Below, in pieces: positions 1 through 8,081 of a stretch of 64,000 nucleotides of DNA. The notes beneath the pieces were generated by a model. The model saw nothing but the letters and a program-made list of their open reading frames with translations, was not told where the DNA came from and made no database searches. This stretch comes from Candidatus Bathyarchaeia archaeon. Lineage in GTDB: Archaea > Thermoproteota > Bathyarchaeia > 40CM-2-53-6. Location: the NCBI GenBank assembly GCA_049517415.1, contig JBEKSC010000003.1, forward strand, positions 64,001 through 128,000. Reading direction: 5' to 3'. The stretch's first letter is position 1. The number at the start of each line of letters is the position of its first letter. Position numbers and translations under genes: made by a program.

Positions 1-1545
1 TAGTATGGGTGCGGTTTTGAGGGTTACAGCAACTGCGGACGTAGCACCCGTCTCGTCCACACTTCTGGTGAAGACTAAGATGGCTCCGGATAACAAAGAA
101 TACTTTGTGAGGGGTAGTGTTATTTTTCGAAAGACGCGAAGAGGCTGGGCTCCTAATGTTTTTGCGGCGTCCTCAAGTTCCGGTGCTATTCCCTGAATCG
201 AGGCCGCCATCGTACGAACGAAGTAACTGTAGGTTATGGTGGTGTGGGCTAGCACGATTATCCAGAATTCTGGCAAAGCGCCCATGTTGCGCCAAAAGAA
301 GTTCAACGAAACTCCAAGCGCAAGAGAAGGCACGATTATGGGGAGGTCGACGAGAACATCAACGACCCTTGCCATCCTCGTCCCGAACCGGTTCCTCGCA
401 ATCAAGATAGCTACTGGCAAACCAGATCCGATGTTAACGATGGTCGCTAGGACAGCTACCACATAGGAGAGGAGCATACTCGACCAGAAAGCCTTCCAGG
501 GCCCGACTCCGGCAAAGGCATCAGTCGCGGTTCCGCCGGCAACAGCCTCAACTGCTGGTAAGGCAATGAAAAGACATGGGAGAAGGACGAATACTAGAAA
601 CCCGATTAGGCTAATCGCATTCCTTGTTGCTACAACAGGTGACTTGCTTAGTTTTCTTTCAAGATTAGGCCAAACCTTGAGTGGAGCAACCCTGATTCTC
701 GGCGCGATGGTTTTAATCAGTCCGAAAACTACAAGCGACGAAACTATCATGATCAAACTCGCGATAACAACGGCTGACGTTAAGCCTGATCCACGCGCGT
801 TGTTAATGAACACCGTTCCGTTCTCGAATGCTCCGGCCACAACTATAGTTGCCCCTGTTTCTGAGAGTGAACGCGCTAATGCCAACAGGAAGGCGGCCAA
901 TATCCCGGGTCTAAGGATAGGCATTGTGACAGTTCGTACCGCAGTGAAAGCTGAAGCGCCGAGCGTTCGCGCGGCGACCTCGTAGGTCTCACGGTAGTTC
1001 AGAAATTCGCCCACCATTACACGCACAATTACTGGAAATGAGAATGCGAAGTGGAGGAGCATAATCAGTATAACGCCAGGACTCACAATGCTCGTAGATC
1101 CAAATAGTTGTGCGAGACCCACCGGGCTGCTCCAGAACTCCAAGATTGAGAAACCCAAAGCTACAGTAGGAACTATGAATGGAATATCAGCAAGGCTATC
1201 AAGAATTGTTATCCAATGCCCGTGACTTCTAACAATAAGCCAAGCCAACGGGATACCGCCTAAAACATCTAGAGTCGAAACGACCAGTCCAATCACGAAG
1301 GACCATGCTACGGCCCCTTCCATCCTTTTCGCAACGACAGGGCTCAAAGCCAAACTAGGAAGTGAAAAGAGTTGAAAAACTATGCCTGCGATCGCGGGGG
1401 TTATCACGATTAAGATAAAGAAAATGATTGCAATCGAGTATACTCCCTTCGTCACACGAGCTCTAGCCGAGAAGCGTTCCAAGATGAGGAGAAATCGCGC
1501 AGCAACACCCGTTGAGTTGGCAGCCCTGGGGCTTGTGCCCTCCAC
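1..1545 (-). CDS. ABC transporter permease with two TM modules (Fe3+/thiamine/sulfate/molybdate-type importer); 3' end runs off the window start
   Basis: Not in the ORF track; translated by hand on the - strand from GTG 1545. It is hydrophobic with two EAA loops (YEVAARTLGAS, LEDAAKTLGAQ) and two RSLSETGAT/RSVDETGAT motifs. Confidence 0.85.
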   Translation of the reverse strand, partial: MEGTSPRAANSTGVAARFLLILERFSARARVTKGVYSIAIIFFILIVITPAIAGIVFQLFSLPSLALSPVVAKRMEGAVAWSFVIGLVVSTLDVLGGIPLAWLIVRSHGHWITILDSLADIPFIVPTVALGFSILEFWSSPVGLAQLFGSTSIVSPGVILIMLLHFAFSFPVIVRVMVGEFLNYRETYEVAARTLGASAFTAVRTVTMPILRPGILAAFLLALARSLSETGATIVVAGAFENGTVFINNARGSGLTSAVVIASLIMIVSSLVVFGLIKTIAPRIRVAPLKVWPNLERKLSKSPVVATRNAISLIGFLVFVLLPCLFIALPAVEAVAGGTATDAFAGVGPWKAFWSSMLLSYVVAVLATIVNIGSGLPVAILIARNRFGTRMARVVDVLVDLPIIVPSLALGVSLNFFWRNMGALPEFWIIVLAHTTITYSYFVRTMAASIQGIAPELEDAAKTLGAQPLRVFRKITLPLTKYSLLSGAILVFTRSVDETGATSAVAVTLKTAPIL

Positions 1546-1948
1546 CGTTCACTCAACCCAGCAAGCTAGACTTCAGACCACTTATGAACATGGTGCGCTA
1601 AACCTGACATTAAAGATGGAAAACTAGGTTGTTGAATTAGGGCATCATCCTAGTTACTTCTAGAATGGTGGGTAACCAACTACCCTCCTCAGCCAAAGTT
1701 ATTCGGGACGGAGAACCGCTCTCCTCGTTGTTTGCGGGGACGGGCTTTCATGAGTCTTACAGTAACTCTCGCAGCTTTTCGCTGTAGTCTCGTCGGCATA
1801 CCCGAAGCCGCAAATTTCACAGACATACACGATTTTTTGCAGATAACTGATTGTTAGAACCAAGGAACCCACCCTGAAAACGATTTAGATACGTTTCATT
1901 TCAGACGAAGCATGTGCTTTAGGTTTATCTGCCCAGACGTTTCCTCCT

Positions 1949-2863
1949 ATGGTCTGCATGGAGTTGGGTGGCGCAAGGTTGGATCAAGCGGCGTTTGCAG
2001 AGATCGCTTTCGAAAGCGCGAAAGACGAGTATACCGATTTCGCTGTTTACAAGAGGCTATCGGAATTTAAGTTCAAGACCCGTGAATTTAGCAGAACACT
2101 TCGCCGACTTGCCGGTATGGAATACCGTCACTACATTCTCTGGAAGAAGTATTGTCCGGGAAGAAAGCCCACAATTAACAAGCTCACTGTTTACATGATC
2201 GTTCTCCTTAGATTCATCTTGGGTGTAACCTTCGCAGTAAGGTACCTCGAACGGAATGAGAAGAATACTATCAAGAAGTACCGTGATCTAGCGTACATGA
2301 TTCCGTCGAAGGATAAGAAGCAATACAACGAAATGATCGCGGACGAAGAAGAACATGAGATGAAGCTTTCAGATTTCAATGAACCCCAGATCAAATACAT
2401 CTCCTTCATAGTGCTAGGCCTGGCGGACGCGCTAGTTGAAATCGCGGGCATCCACGCTGGCTCACTGGGTATTTACAACTCAACAGAACTGGCGGGGTTG
2501 GCCGGGATAATTGCTGGTGCAGCAGCGTCAGTAGCCATGGCATCGGCCGCGTACGCACAGGCAAAGACTGGTTTCAAGGGATCCGCGGCGCTTTCAGCCG
2601 TCTACACTGGAGTGTCTTACTTCGTTACGGCGGTGATCTTGGCGACACCGTACTTCCTAACGAAGGTTATGTTTGACGCGTTAGGTGCCTCGCTGTTCTT
2701 TGCTGTGCTGCTGATAGCTTTCATAAGCTTCTACGGCGCCGTCATTTCCGGAGCTGCATTCAAGAAGGACTTCATAGAGATTACATGCATAATGTTTGGT
2801 GCGACGATTGCCCTATACTTGCTTGGGACAGCAATCAAGTACTTGACCAAGATAACCATCTAG
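1949..2863 (+). CDS. Rubrerythrin/ferritin-like domain fused to a VIT1/CCC1 metal transporter domain
   Basis: The N-terminal half has E-x6-Y and ExxH motifs (EYRH, EEEH). The C-terminal half has the VIT1 signature IVLGLADALVE and several TM helices. The true start may be TTG 1979. Confidence 0.85.
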   Translation: MVCMELGGARLDQAAFAEIAFESAKDEYTDFAVYKRLSEFKFKTREFSRTLRRLAGMEYRHYILWKKYCPGRKPTINKLTVYMIVLLRFILGVTFAVRYLERNEKNTIKKYRDLAYMIPSKDKKQYNEMIADEEEHEMKLSDFNEPQIKYISFIVLGLADALVEIAGIHAGSLGIYNSTELAGLAGIIAGAAASVAMASAAYAQAKTGFKGSAALSAVYTGVSYFVTAVILATPYFLTKVMFDALGASLFFAVLLIAFISFYGAVISGAAFKKDFIEITCIMFGATIALYLLGTAIKYLTKITI

Positions 2864-2916
2864 AGATTTATCTTCGTCTGGACCACTAAAAGTGACCCAC
2901 CCCCCTAGGGGGCGCC

Positions 2917-2924
2917 TCCAAGCG
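2917..2924 (+). repeat. Target-site duplication, left copy (TCCAAGCG)
   Basis: An identical 8-mer lies directly outside both terminal inverted repeats; the other copy is at 7854-7861. Confidence 0.9.
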
Positions 2925-2939
2925 GGTTCTGGTAACTTT
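2925..2939 (+). repeat. Left terminal inverted repeat GGTTCTGGTAACTTT
   Basis: Perfect reverse complement of 7839-7853. A GG start and GGTTCTG core are typical of IS6-family ends. Confidence 0.9.
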
Positions 2940-3074
2940 GGAGGGTGGTTCTGAGGGCTGGTAACTTCAGGGGGGCACTCAGTTTTTCGGGTAATGTCAC
3001 GTCTACGTTTGGTAGGCCACCTAATTCTTGTTGTAACATTTCGTTTGGTGCTGGTGTTAGTGTGGTTCCTATCG

Positions 3075-3437
3075 TTAGATGTTCCACGTAGAATCACGCT
3101 TTCCTGCGCCACAGGCGGGACACGCATAGTATGTATTGAGTAGACCACGCTCCGTACTAGTTTGAACCTTAACCATCTTTTCATGGCACCTCCAACAACT
3201 CCTACCTAGCGCTGCGAACGGGCCCACTGCTACTATAATCAATAGTCCTCCAACAAGGCCGCCAAAAAATAGGTAAGCTGAAGGGAGACCTACGTACAAA
3301 CCAGTAGAGGAATCGTAGTACTGAAGAGGTACAAAAATTGCTGTTAAAACCCCTAGCAGCAACATCCCGAATCCTATCACGAGAAATGTGACATCATTAA
3401 AACCCCATCTCGACCTCTTCTTGAGTTTTGACTGCAA
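3075..3437 (-). CDS. Cargo: 2-TM membrane protein with C-terminal zinc ribbon
   Basis: Two hydrophobic segments followed by CWRC...CPAC. Confidence 0.7.
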   Translation of the reverse strand: MQSKLKKRSRWGFNDVTFLVIGFGMLLLGVLTAIFVPLQYYDSSTGLYVGLPSAYLFFGGLVGGLLIIVAVGPFAALGRSCWRCHEKMVKVQTSTERGLLNTYYACPACGAGKRDSTWNI

Positions 3438-3536
3438 CGGAGGTGTAGCTCAACACGAGCATTATGGCAGTTGACTATTTACGAGTTAGCAAACAATAAT
3501 ACAAAACGCAAGAATAGAAGATAGAAAGAGTAAGAC

Positions 3537-4103
3537 TTGAAGCCCAAAACGAAATCAAATTGGAAGAAGATTCTGATAACCGCAGTGTTTGTCACACTAG
3601 GTTTGGTAGCAGCCATTGGGTACGAATCATACGCCGAACACCAACAATCACTGTATCCTACGAGTTCAAGCACCGCCGCTCTTCAACCGTCAAATTTTAC
3701 CATGAGCAGCAGCCAAGGTTGCCTAATGAATGAGACAGGGGGAACCTACGACTACTTTGCAATCACCATACGAAATAGCTACAGCGAAAATGTTCGGTAC
3801 CTTAACGCTTCAATCGTCGTCAGTTACATCGACCTGATAAACGATCAAAAGGCTTCCCACTTGTATCCACCACTCAGCAAGCCAATAACGAAGGTCGTTG
3901 AAGGACCTAACGAAACCGTCACTTGGGCATTCCCCATAAACTTCCCAATGTGGGGAACCTATTGGGAACCGCAGTACGCGGGTACGCGGATATTTGGTGC
4001 TAGTTTTACGTTAATTATCTTCTATCAACAAAACGACACGCCGCCCCAAGAGGTCTCCTTTCCTAGAACCTTTTGGGCTATCGACACGCATCCTAATTGT
4101 TGA
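3537..4103 (+). CDS. Cargo: secreted or membrane-anchored hypothetical protein
   Basis: Basic N-terminus plus hydrophobic signal/anchor, an S/T-rich linker and several N-x-S/T sequons. Confidence 0.7.
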   Translation: MKPKTKSNWKKILITAVFVTLGLVAAIGYESYAEHQQSLYPTSSSTAALQPSNFTMSSSQGCLMNETGGTYDYFAITIRNSYSENVRYLNASIVVSYIDLINDQKASHLYPPLSKPITKVVEGPNETVTWAFPINFPMWGTYWEPQYAGTRIFGASFTLIIFYQQNDTPPQEVSFPRTFWAIDTHPNC

Positions 4104-4112
4104 TTCCCGCAC

Positions 4113-4346
4113 TCACTCTAACCATAGTGAAGAGACACCAATCGCACCGAACGCGAGGATAACAACAATTCCCAGTGTACTTACCGCTTCAACTTGAAAA
4201 GATGAAAGTAACGGGCCAAATCCCTCACGCAACAAAGTCGCAACCATTGCATCCAGACTTACACCCAGAAGCGAATAGGGCCATAGTGACCCAAACCAGA
4301 GAGGCAAACTGAAGGTAAGCTCAATGCGAGCATTTTTCCCACCCAC
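4113..4346 (-). CDS. Cargo: possible small membrane protein or gene remnant
   Basis: 77-aa hydrophobic ORF with a weak start context. Confidence 0.3.
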   Translation of the reverse strand: MGGKNARIELTFSLPLWFGSLWPYSLLGVSLDAMVATLLREGFGPLLSSFQVEAVSTLGIVVILAFGAIGVSSLWLE

Positions 4347-4455
4347 GTAGACTCGACGCAGACCCTATGCCCACCAAACGGTTTGTTGCAACACCCAAAA
4401 AATGCGTCACCAAACGCAGACATTACGTTACTGGCTTTCGGGACTTGACGCCAAC

Positions 4456-5058
4456 TCAACTCAACCAAACGCGCACGCACGAACAGAGAAATCGTGCAAG
4501 AACCGAAAACGCCCAAGATAGAAATGGGATGAATCCCTCAAGTGCTATGATTATCAAGGCTACTGCGGAAATGTACATGCTGTACTTAGCATAGATTGTA
4601 TTCCACGTAGTCACTTTGACACTCTGAATCGATTGGCCATCCGGTCCGATTTCATACGAAGTTGCGCCGTCAAAGCTAGTTAGACCCGTGTTCGTGGGGT
4701 CAATCCCTCTGCAAAAGAAAAGACCGAAACCGCTTGAGAGAGCCTCACTTTTCTGCTCTGTAAGGACACGGTCGAACTTGGCGTAGTCTTCTTGCTCCGG
4801 CTTCAGTTGTGGGATATCTACTCGCCAAGTGACAAATTGCCCAGATGTCCAGATGACTCGCATGAATGCACATCCGGAAGGGAAAGGCACTGATTGCAAG
4901 TTCTTGAACTTGAACCGCAAAGCGTAACCTTCCGTATCGACGAAATCTTCACGCTTTCCCCATTTATGCTTGCCCAACCTAAGGAAGGGGGCCTCAGACC
5001 TAATCTCAACTTTTAATCCTAGGCGGTGCTGGACTGTGGCAGAAGTTGTGGTGGCCAA
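4456..5058 (-). CDS. Cargo: hypothetical protein with C-terminal membrane anchor
   Basis: 200-aa ORF with a beta-rich-looking soluble part and a hydrophobic C-terminus. Confidence 0.6.
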   Translation of the reverse strand: MATTTSATVQHRLGLKVEIRSEAPFLRLGKHKWGKREDFVDTEGYALRFKFKNLQSVPFPSGCAFMRVIWTSGQFVTWRVDIPQLKPEQEDYAKFDRVLTEQKSEALSSGFGLFFCRGIDPTNTGLTSFDGATSYEIGPDGQSIQSVKVTTWNTIYAKYSMYISAVALIIIALEGFIPFLSWAFSVLARFLCSCVRVWLS

Positions 5059-5221
5059 GGGAAGAAATCAAGAATTCTTTTGTTGTGCCTCCTTTATTAC
5101 GGCTTCCCAATGTTGTCTTTAGGCTAAGACTTCTTTTTTCTTCTTCTTAGCTTGATTCCGGTTCTGCTAACTTCCGTAGGTGACGATTATGGATTCCCTT
5201 AGTGCTAACTTGCGGGGGAAT

Positions 5222-5506
5222 TCAATGCCAACCAATAGCCAAGAGATACTCAATAATCGCTCCAAGAGAGGCTACCGCGAAACCTATGATTTCCAAGCGG
5301 AAATGCCAATTGACAGTCTGGTAAAGATAACCCACATCAGAACCCCATCCTTTCACGCCATGCCTATTCCGCTCTATGTTTTTGCGCAACAATTCAATAG
5401 CGTCATGATTCGATTTCTCAATGCCCAACTTAGTGATGTATGAGGCAACAGCTAGACATAGAAACAGAATTGCAATAAAGACGAACAGAACTGAAATCAT
5501 GACCAT
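5222..5506 (-). CDS. Cargo: small 2-TM membrane protein
   Basis: ATG start 27 bp downstream of the transposase stop; hydrophobic at both ends. Confidence 0.6.
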   Translation of the reverse strand: MVMISVLFVFIAILFLCLAVASYITKLGIEKSNHDAIELLRKNIERNRHGVKGWGSDVGYLYQTVNWHFRLEIIGFAVASLGAIIEYLLAIGWH

Positions 5507-5532
5507 GGATAAGTTGAAACGAGGAAATAACG

Positions 5533-6672
5533 CTAACCTTTACGAGTTGATTTCTTGATTAGCGACTCCCACATGTTACCAGTAAGACCTAATTCGATTC
5601 CCGCCGCTTGCGCTGGTGTCTTGCCCCCTAGTGCTGTGTGTGGGCGTAGGTAGTCGTAGTAGATACGTTGTCCCTCAATGAATGCGGAATCTGGTTTCTT
5701 GATTGCTCGCATCGTTTTCGATCTCTCCTTGAATGTGCCATGATAGCGTTCCATGCGATTATTGTTCACACGACCCTGAATGCCAATTCCTGAAACATGC
5801 ACCGCATTCGGAAACTCTCTTTGTGCTGCTGGGACATACGACGACAAGCCATCGGTGAGTAGAACCCTTGCATCGGTCTTAGCTACGGCTTTTGCTTCTC
5901 GGAATGCTTCTCTCGCGTCGGCTACGGTTCTGCCTTGCGAAACATGGTTTGCGAGTAGAAATCTTGTGTCGCTATCCATTAGATGCCATAGCCATACCCA
6001 TTGACCCCGAATGTTCACTTTCGTTTCGTCAGCGTGAAAAACCCGTGAAAGTTCAGGATGTAGAGCATCGACATAATCACGCATTAAAGCCACATATTTC
6101 TTAATCCACTTGATGACCGCAACATGGCTTACGTTCACTCCCTCAAACTGTTTCAAGTGGTCAACTATCTTTCGGAGGCTAACGCCTTTGAAATAAAGGT
6201 CTAGCGCGACCGTAATCGCGTGTGGGTTCGTGTGCATCTTCTCGAAACCGTTGTTCTTCGCATCCCACTTGTGCTTGCAGTCGATGCACTTGTACCGCTG
6301 TGTCCGGCTGTTGGCATGATAACGCCAGCCCCACTTTTGGATATGAGTTGAATTGCATCTAGCACATTTCTCTATTGAGCTATCGGATATTTCTGGGGCT
6401 AAGTCTAGGTTCTGAGCTGTTACATGCTCTCGGAAATTCAGAGAGAAGAAAGTCGCGTAAATGTGCTTGCAGGCTACTTGTCTATTCAGGAAGTCTGGGC
6501 ACTCGCAAGCCCAATCTTCTCCCATTCTAGTCACAAGATAATGACCGTTCCCTGATTGTGACTTCACGCGGTAAGCGTTCTCGTTTAGGCGTTTGATTTC
6601 AGTTCCATTAGATAGCATTTCCCACGCACGAATCTGTCGTGCTTCAAGGGTTACTGCCAATTTCTTCACCAA
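5533..6672 (-). CDS. IS6-family DDE transposase with N-terminal SWIM zinc finger and zinc ribbon
   Basis: SWIM motif CECPDF...CKH, CARC...CIDC ribbon, HTH region GVSLRKIVDHL, and DDE motifs HADETKV, LTDGLSSY, NNNRMERYHGTFKER. Confidence 0.92.
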   Translation of the reverse strand: MVKKLAVTLEARQIRAWEMLSNGTEIKRLNENAYRVKSQSGNGHYLVTRMGEDWACECPDFLNRQVACKHIYATFFSLNFREHVTAQNLDLAPEISDSSIEKCARCNSTHIQKWGWRYHANSRTQRYKCIDCKHKWDAKNNGFEKMHTNPHAITVALDLYFKGVSLRKIVDHLKQFEGVNVSHVAVIKWIKKYVALMRDYVDALHPELSRVFHADETKVNIRGQWVWLWHLMDSDTRFLLANHVSQGRTVADAREAFREAKAVAKTDARVLLTDGLSSYVPAAQREFPNAVHVSGIGIQGRVNNNRMERYHGTFKERSKTMRAIKKPDSAFIEGQRIYYDYLRPHTALGGKTPAQAAGIELGLTGNMWESLIKKSTRKG

Positions 6673-6675
6673 TTC

Positions 6676-6734
6676 CTTGTGTGGTGATATTACTGCACAA
6701 GAGTAATATAATGCTTGCGGTGATATAACTGCAC
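6676..6734. promoter_or_regulatory. Two imperfect palindromic operator-like sites flanking an AT-rich TATA-like core in the divergent tnp/orf63 intergenic region
   Basis: TGTGGTGATATTACTGCAC (6680-6698) and TGCGGTGATATAACTGCAC (6716-6734) are 17/19 identical and each has dyad symmetry. TAATATAAT lies between them. Confidence 0.65.
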
Positions 6735-6743
6735 GGTGAAAGC

Positions 6744-6935
6744 TTGGTACGCGCTCGAATTCTAGGCGACTGGGAGAGGAAGATAGTTGAAGCCTATGTT
6801 AAGGGACAACGACTGAAGGGGTACACCGCCTTACTTTCAGACATACGAAAGATGGGATTGAAAACAATCATTGAAGGTTGCGAAAGCGACCTCGCCTTGC
6901 TCAAGAAACTGTTTGCCTTGGAGACTCAACGCTAA
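6744..6935 (+). CDS. Small helical protein divergent from the transposase (candidate regulator)
   Basis: 63-aa ORF with TTG start, just downstream of the second palindrome. Confidence 0.6.
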   Translation: MVRARILGDWERKIVEAYVKGQRLKGYTALLSDIRKMGLKTIIEGCESDLALLKKLFALETQR

Positions 6936-7730
6936 ACAACCATCTTGATAATTTCTTAAAGCCACCTCTCTTAAGGCTTCGCCACAGACGAATCGTTGGG
7001 CGGTCGTAATTTACGTATATTCTGTTCCAGTCTTCTGCCTCAACATAGACACCTTCGTTTGCCGCGTATCTCAATCCTTCGCCCGCTAGAGCGAAATGAA
7101 GCCTATACGTGCTGGCTAATGGGAGTACGACTGGCTTTTCCGTAGCGAGAAAGAGGTTGTTGTAGCCCTTTATAGTATAGAAGCCGGTTGCATAGTGGGC
7201 CCATCCAGCCTTCAGATTTTGCGCATATTTCTTGCACACTACGGAATGAACCGCTCTGGGAATATATTGTTCCAATGCCTCTCCCGTTTGAACTGCAACC
7301 TCTTCGGATTTAGGTTCAAAGAGTACATCCCAAGTGACCGTCTCTGAGACTGGATATCGAATCGAGCGCGGAATATTATGACCACTTACTGCTACAAGTA
7401 GTTCAGCATCTTTGATGTGGCTTTGTTGAACATTGACAGAAAGCATGAATTGCCGAATGATGACTTTAGTCGCACCAAGATTGATTTCAATATCGGTGGT
7501 TAAGGTTTCCTTAGTAAGCTCATCGAGCCAAATGTCAGCACTCGGATGTTCCATAAAAAAACGTATGCTTCTGCCAAGATGAGACCCCCGAACCCTAGTA
7601 CCTCGCTCACAATCAGCCAAAGAGACAGTTTTTCGACTGTTGAGGTTAGAAATTGCTGAACATAGAGTGTCACGCCAATAGCGATTACGAACACTAAAGC
7701 TCCAAGGAATACCAGAAGAGCTGGGCGCAT
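6901..7730 (-). pseudogene. Cargo: 2-TM-anchored protein split by a frameshift at a T7 run
   Basis: The 76-aa TM ORF (7500-7730) and the long ORF (6901-7839) overlap at A7 7555-7561. One extra T joins them as ...AYVFFMEHPSADIW... (about 276 aa). Confidence 0.5.
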
Positions 7731-7838
7731 GAAATGCTGTCCGTCTGTATTGGTATTTAAAACGCCCTAGAAGACTCTCAAGAATTGAGCCATATGAAAA
7801 ACCCCCTAGCCAGTTACCAAACCGAAAAGCCCCCCACA

Positions 7839-7853
7839 AAAGTTACCAGAACC
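7839..7853 (-). repeat. Right terminal inverted repeat AAAGTTACCAGAACC
   Basis: Perfect inverted copy of 2925-2939. Confidence 0.9.
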
Positions 7854-7861
7854 TCCAAGCG
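7854..7861 (+). repeat. Target-site duplication, right copy (TCCAAGCG)
   Basis: Identical to 2917-2924. Confidence 0.9.
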
Positions 7862-7915
7862 TACGCGCGACTTGGAAAGCGCAAAATCAGCCGCGTTTGA
7901 CTCAGAAAACTGAGT

Positions 7916-7950
7916 CACCCCCCCTGGGGGGTCCATCCAAGCGTGCGCGC
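7916..7950. repeat. Second, uninterrupted copy of the palindromic target motif
   Basis: CACCCCCCCTGGGGGGTCCATCCAAGCGTGCGCGC compared with the reconstructed empty site CACCCCCCTAGGGGGCGCCTCCAAGCGTACGCGC. Confidence 0.7.
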
Positions 7951-8081
7951 AAGAAAACTAGGGTGTGGCGCACTCTAACCATGGGTGTTGAAGGAAGCGG
8001 CGCTTAGTTGTTGTCCGCACCACGATATCCGCAGACGGATAAATTAGTTAAGTTTAGGAAATGTTTGTAGGTGCGAAAACT

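Larger units (their letters stand above)
2925..7853. mobile_element. IS6-family cargo-carrying insertion element, 4929 bp
   Basis: 15-bp perfect TIRs (GGTTCTGGTAACTTT at 2925-2939, its reverse complement at 7839-7853), an 8-bp TSD, an internal IS6-type DDE transposase and passenger ORFs. Confidence 0.9.

Noticed and set aside
5..1627. Several + strand ORFs (5-196, 117-410, 236-466, 566-985, 1382-1627)
   Set aside because: They are antisense shadows of the - strand ABC permease, which the ORF track missed because its stop lies outside the window.
2891..2990. G/C-rich palindromic repeats as a possible CRISPR array
   Set aside because: Only two degenerate copies exist, there is no regular repeat-spacer series, and no cas genes are in the window.
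2813..3184. 123-aa and 60-aa - strand ORFs across the left element end
   Set aside because: They read through the TIR/TSD junction and overlap other genes; no protein-like features.
7731..7839. N-terminal part of the 312-aa ORF (6901-7839)
   Set aside because: It begins inside the right subterminal repeats; ATG 7730 with an upstream TTTAAATA is the more plausible start.
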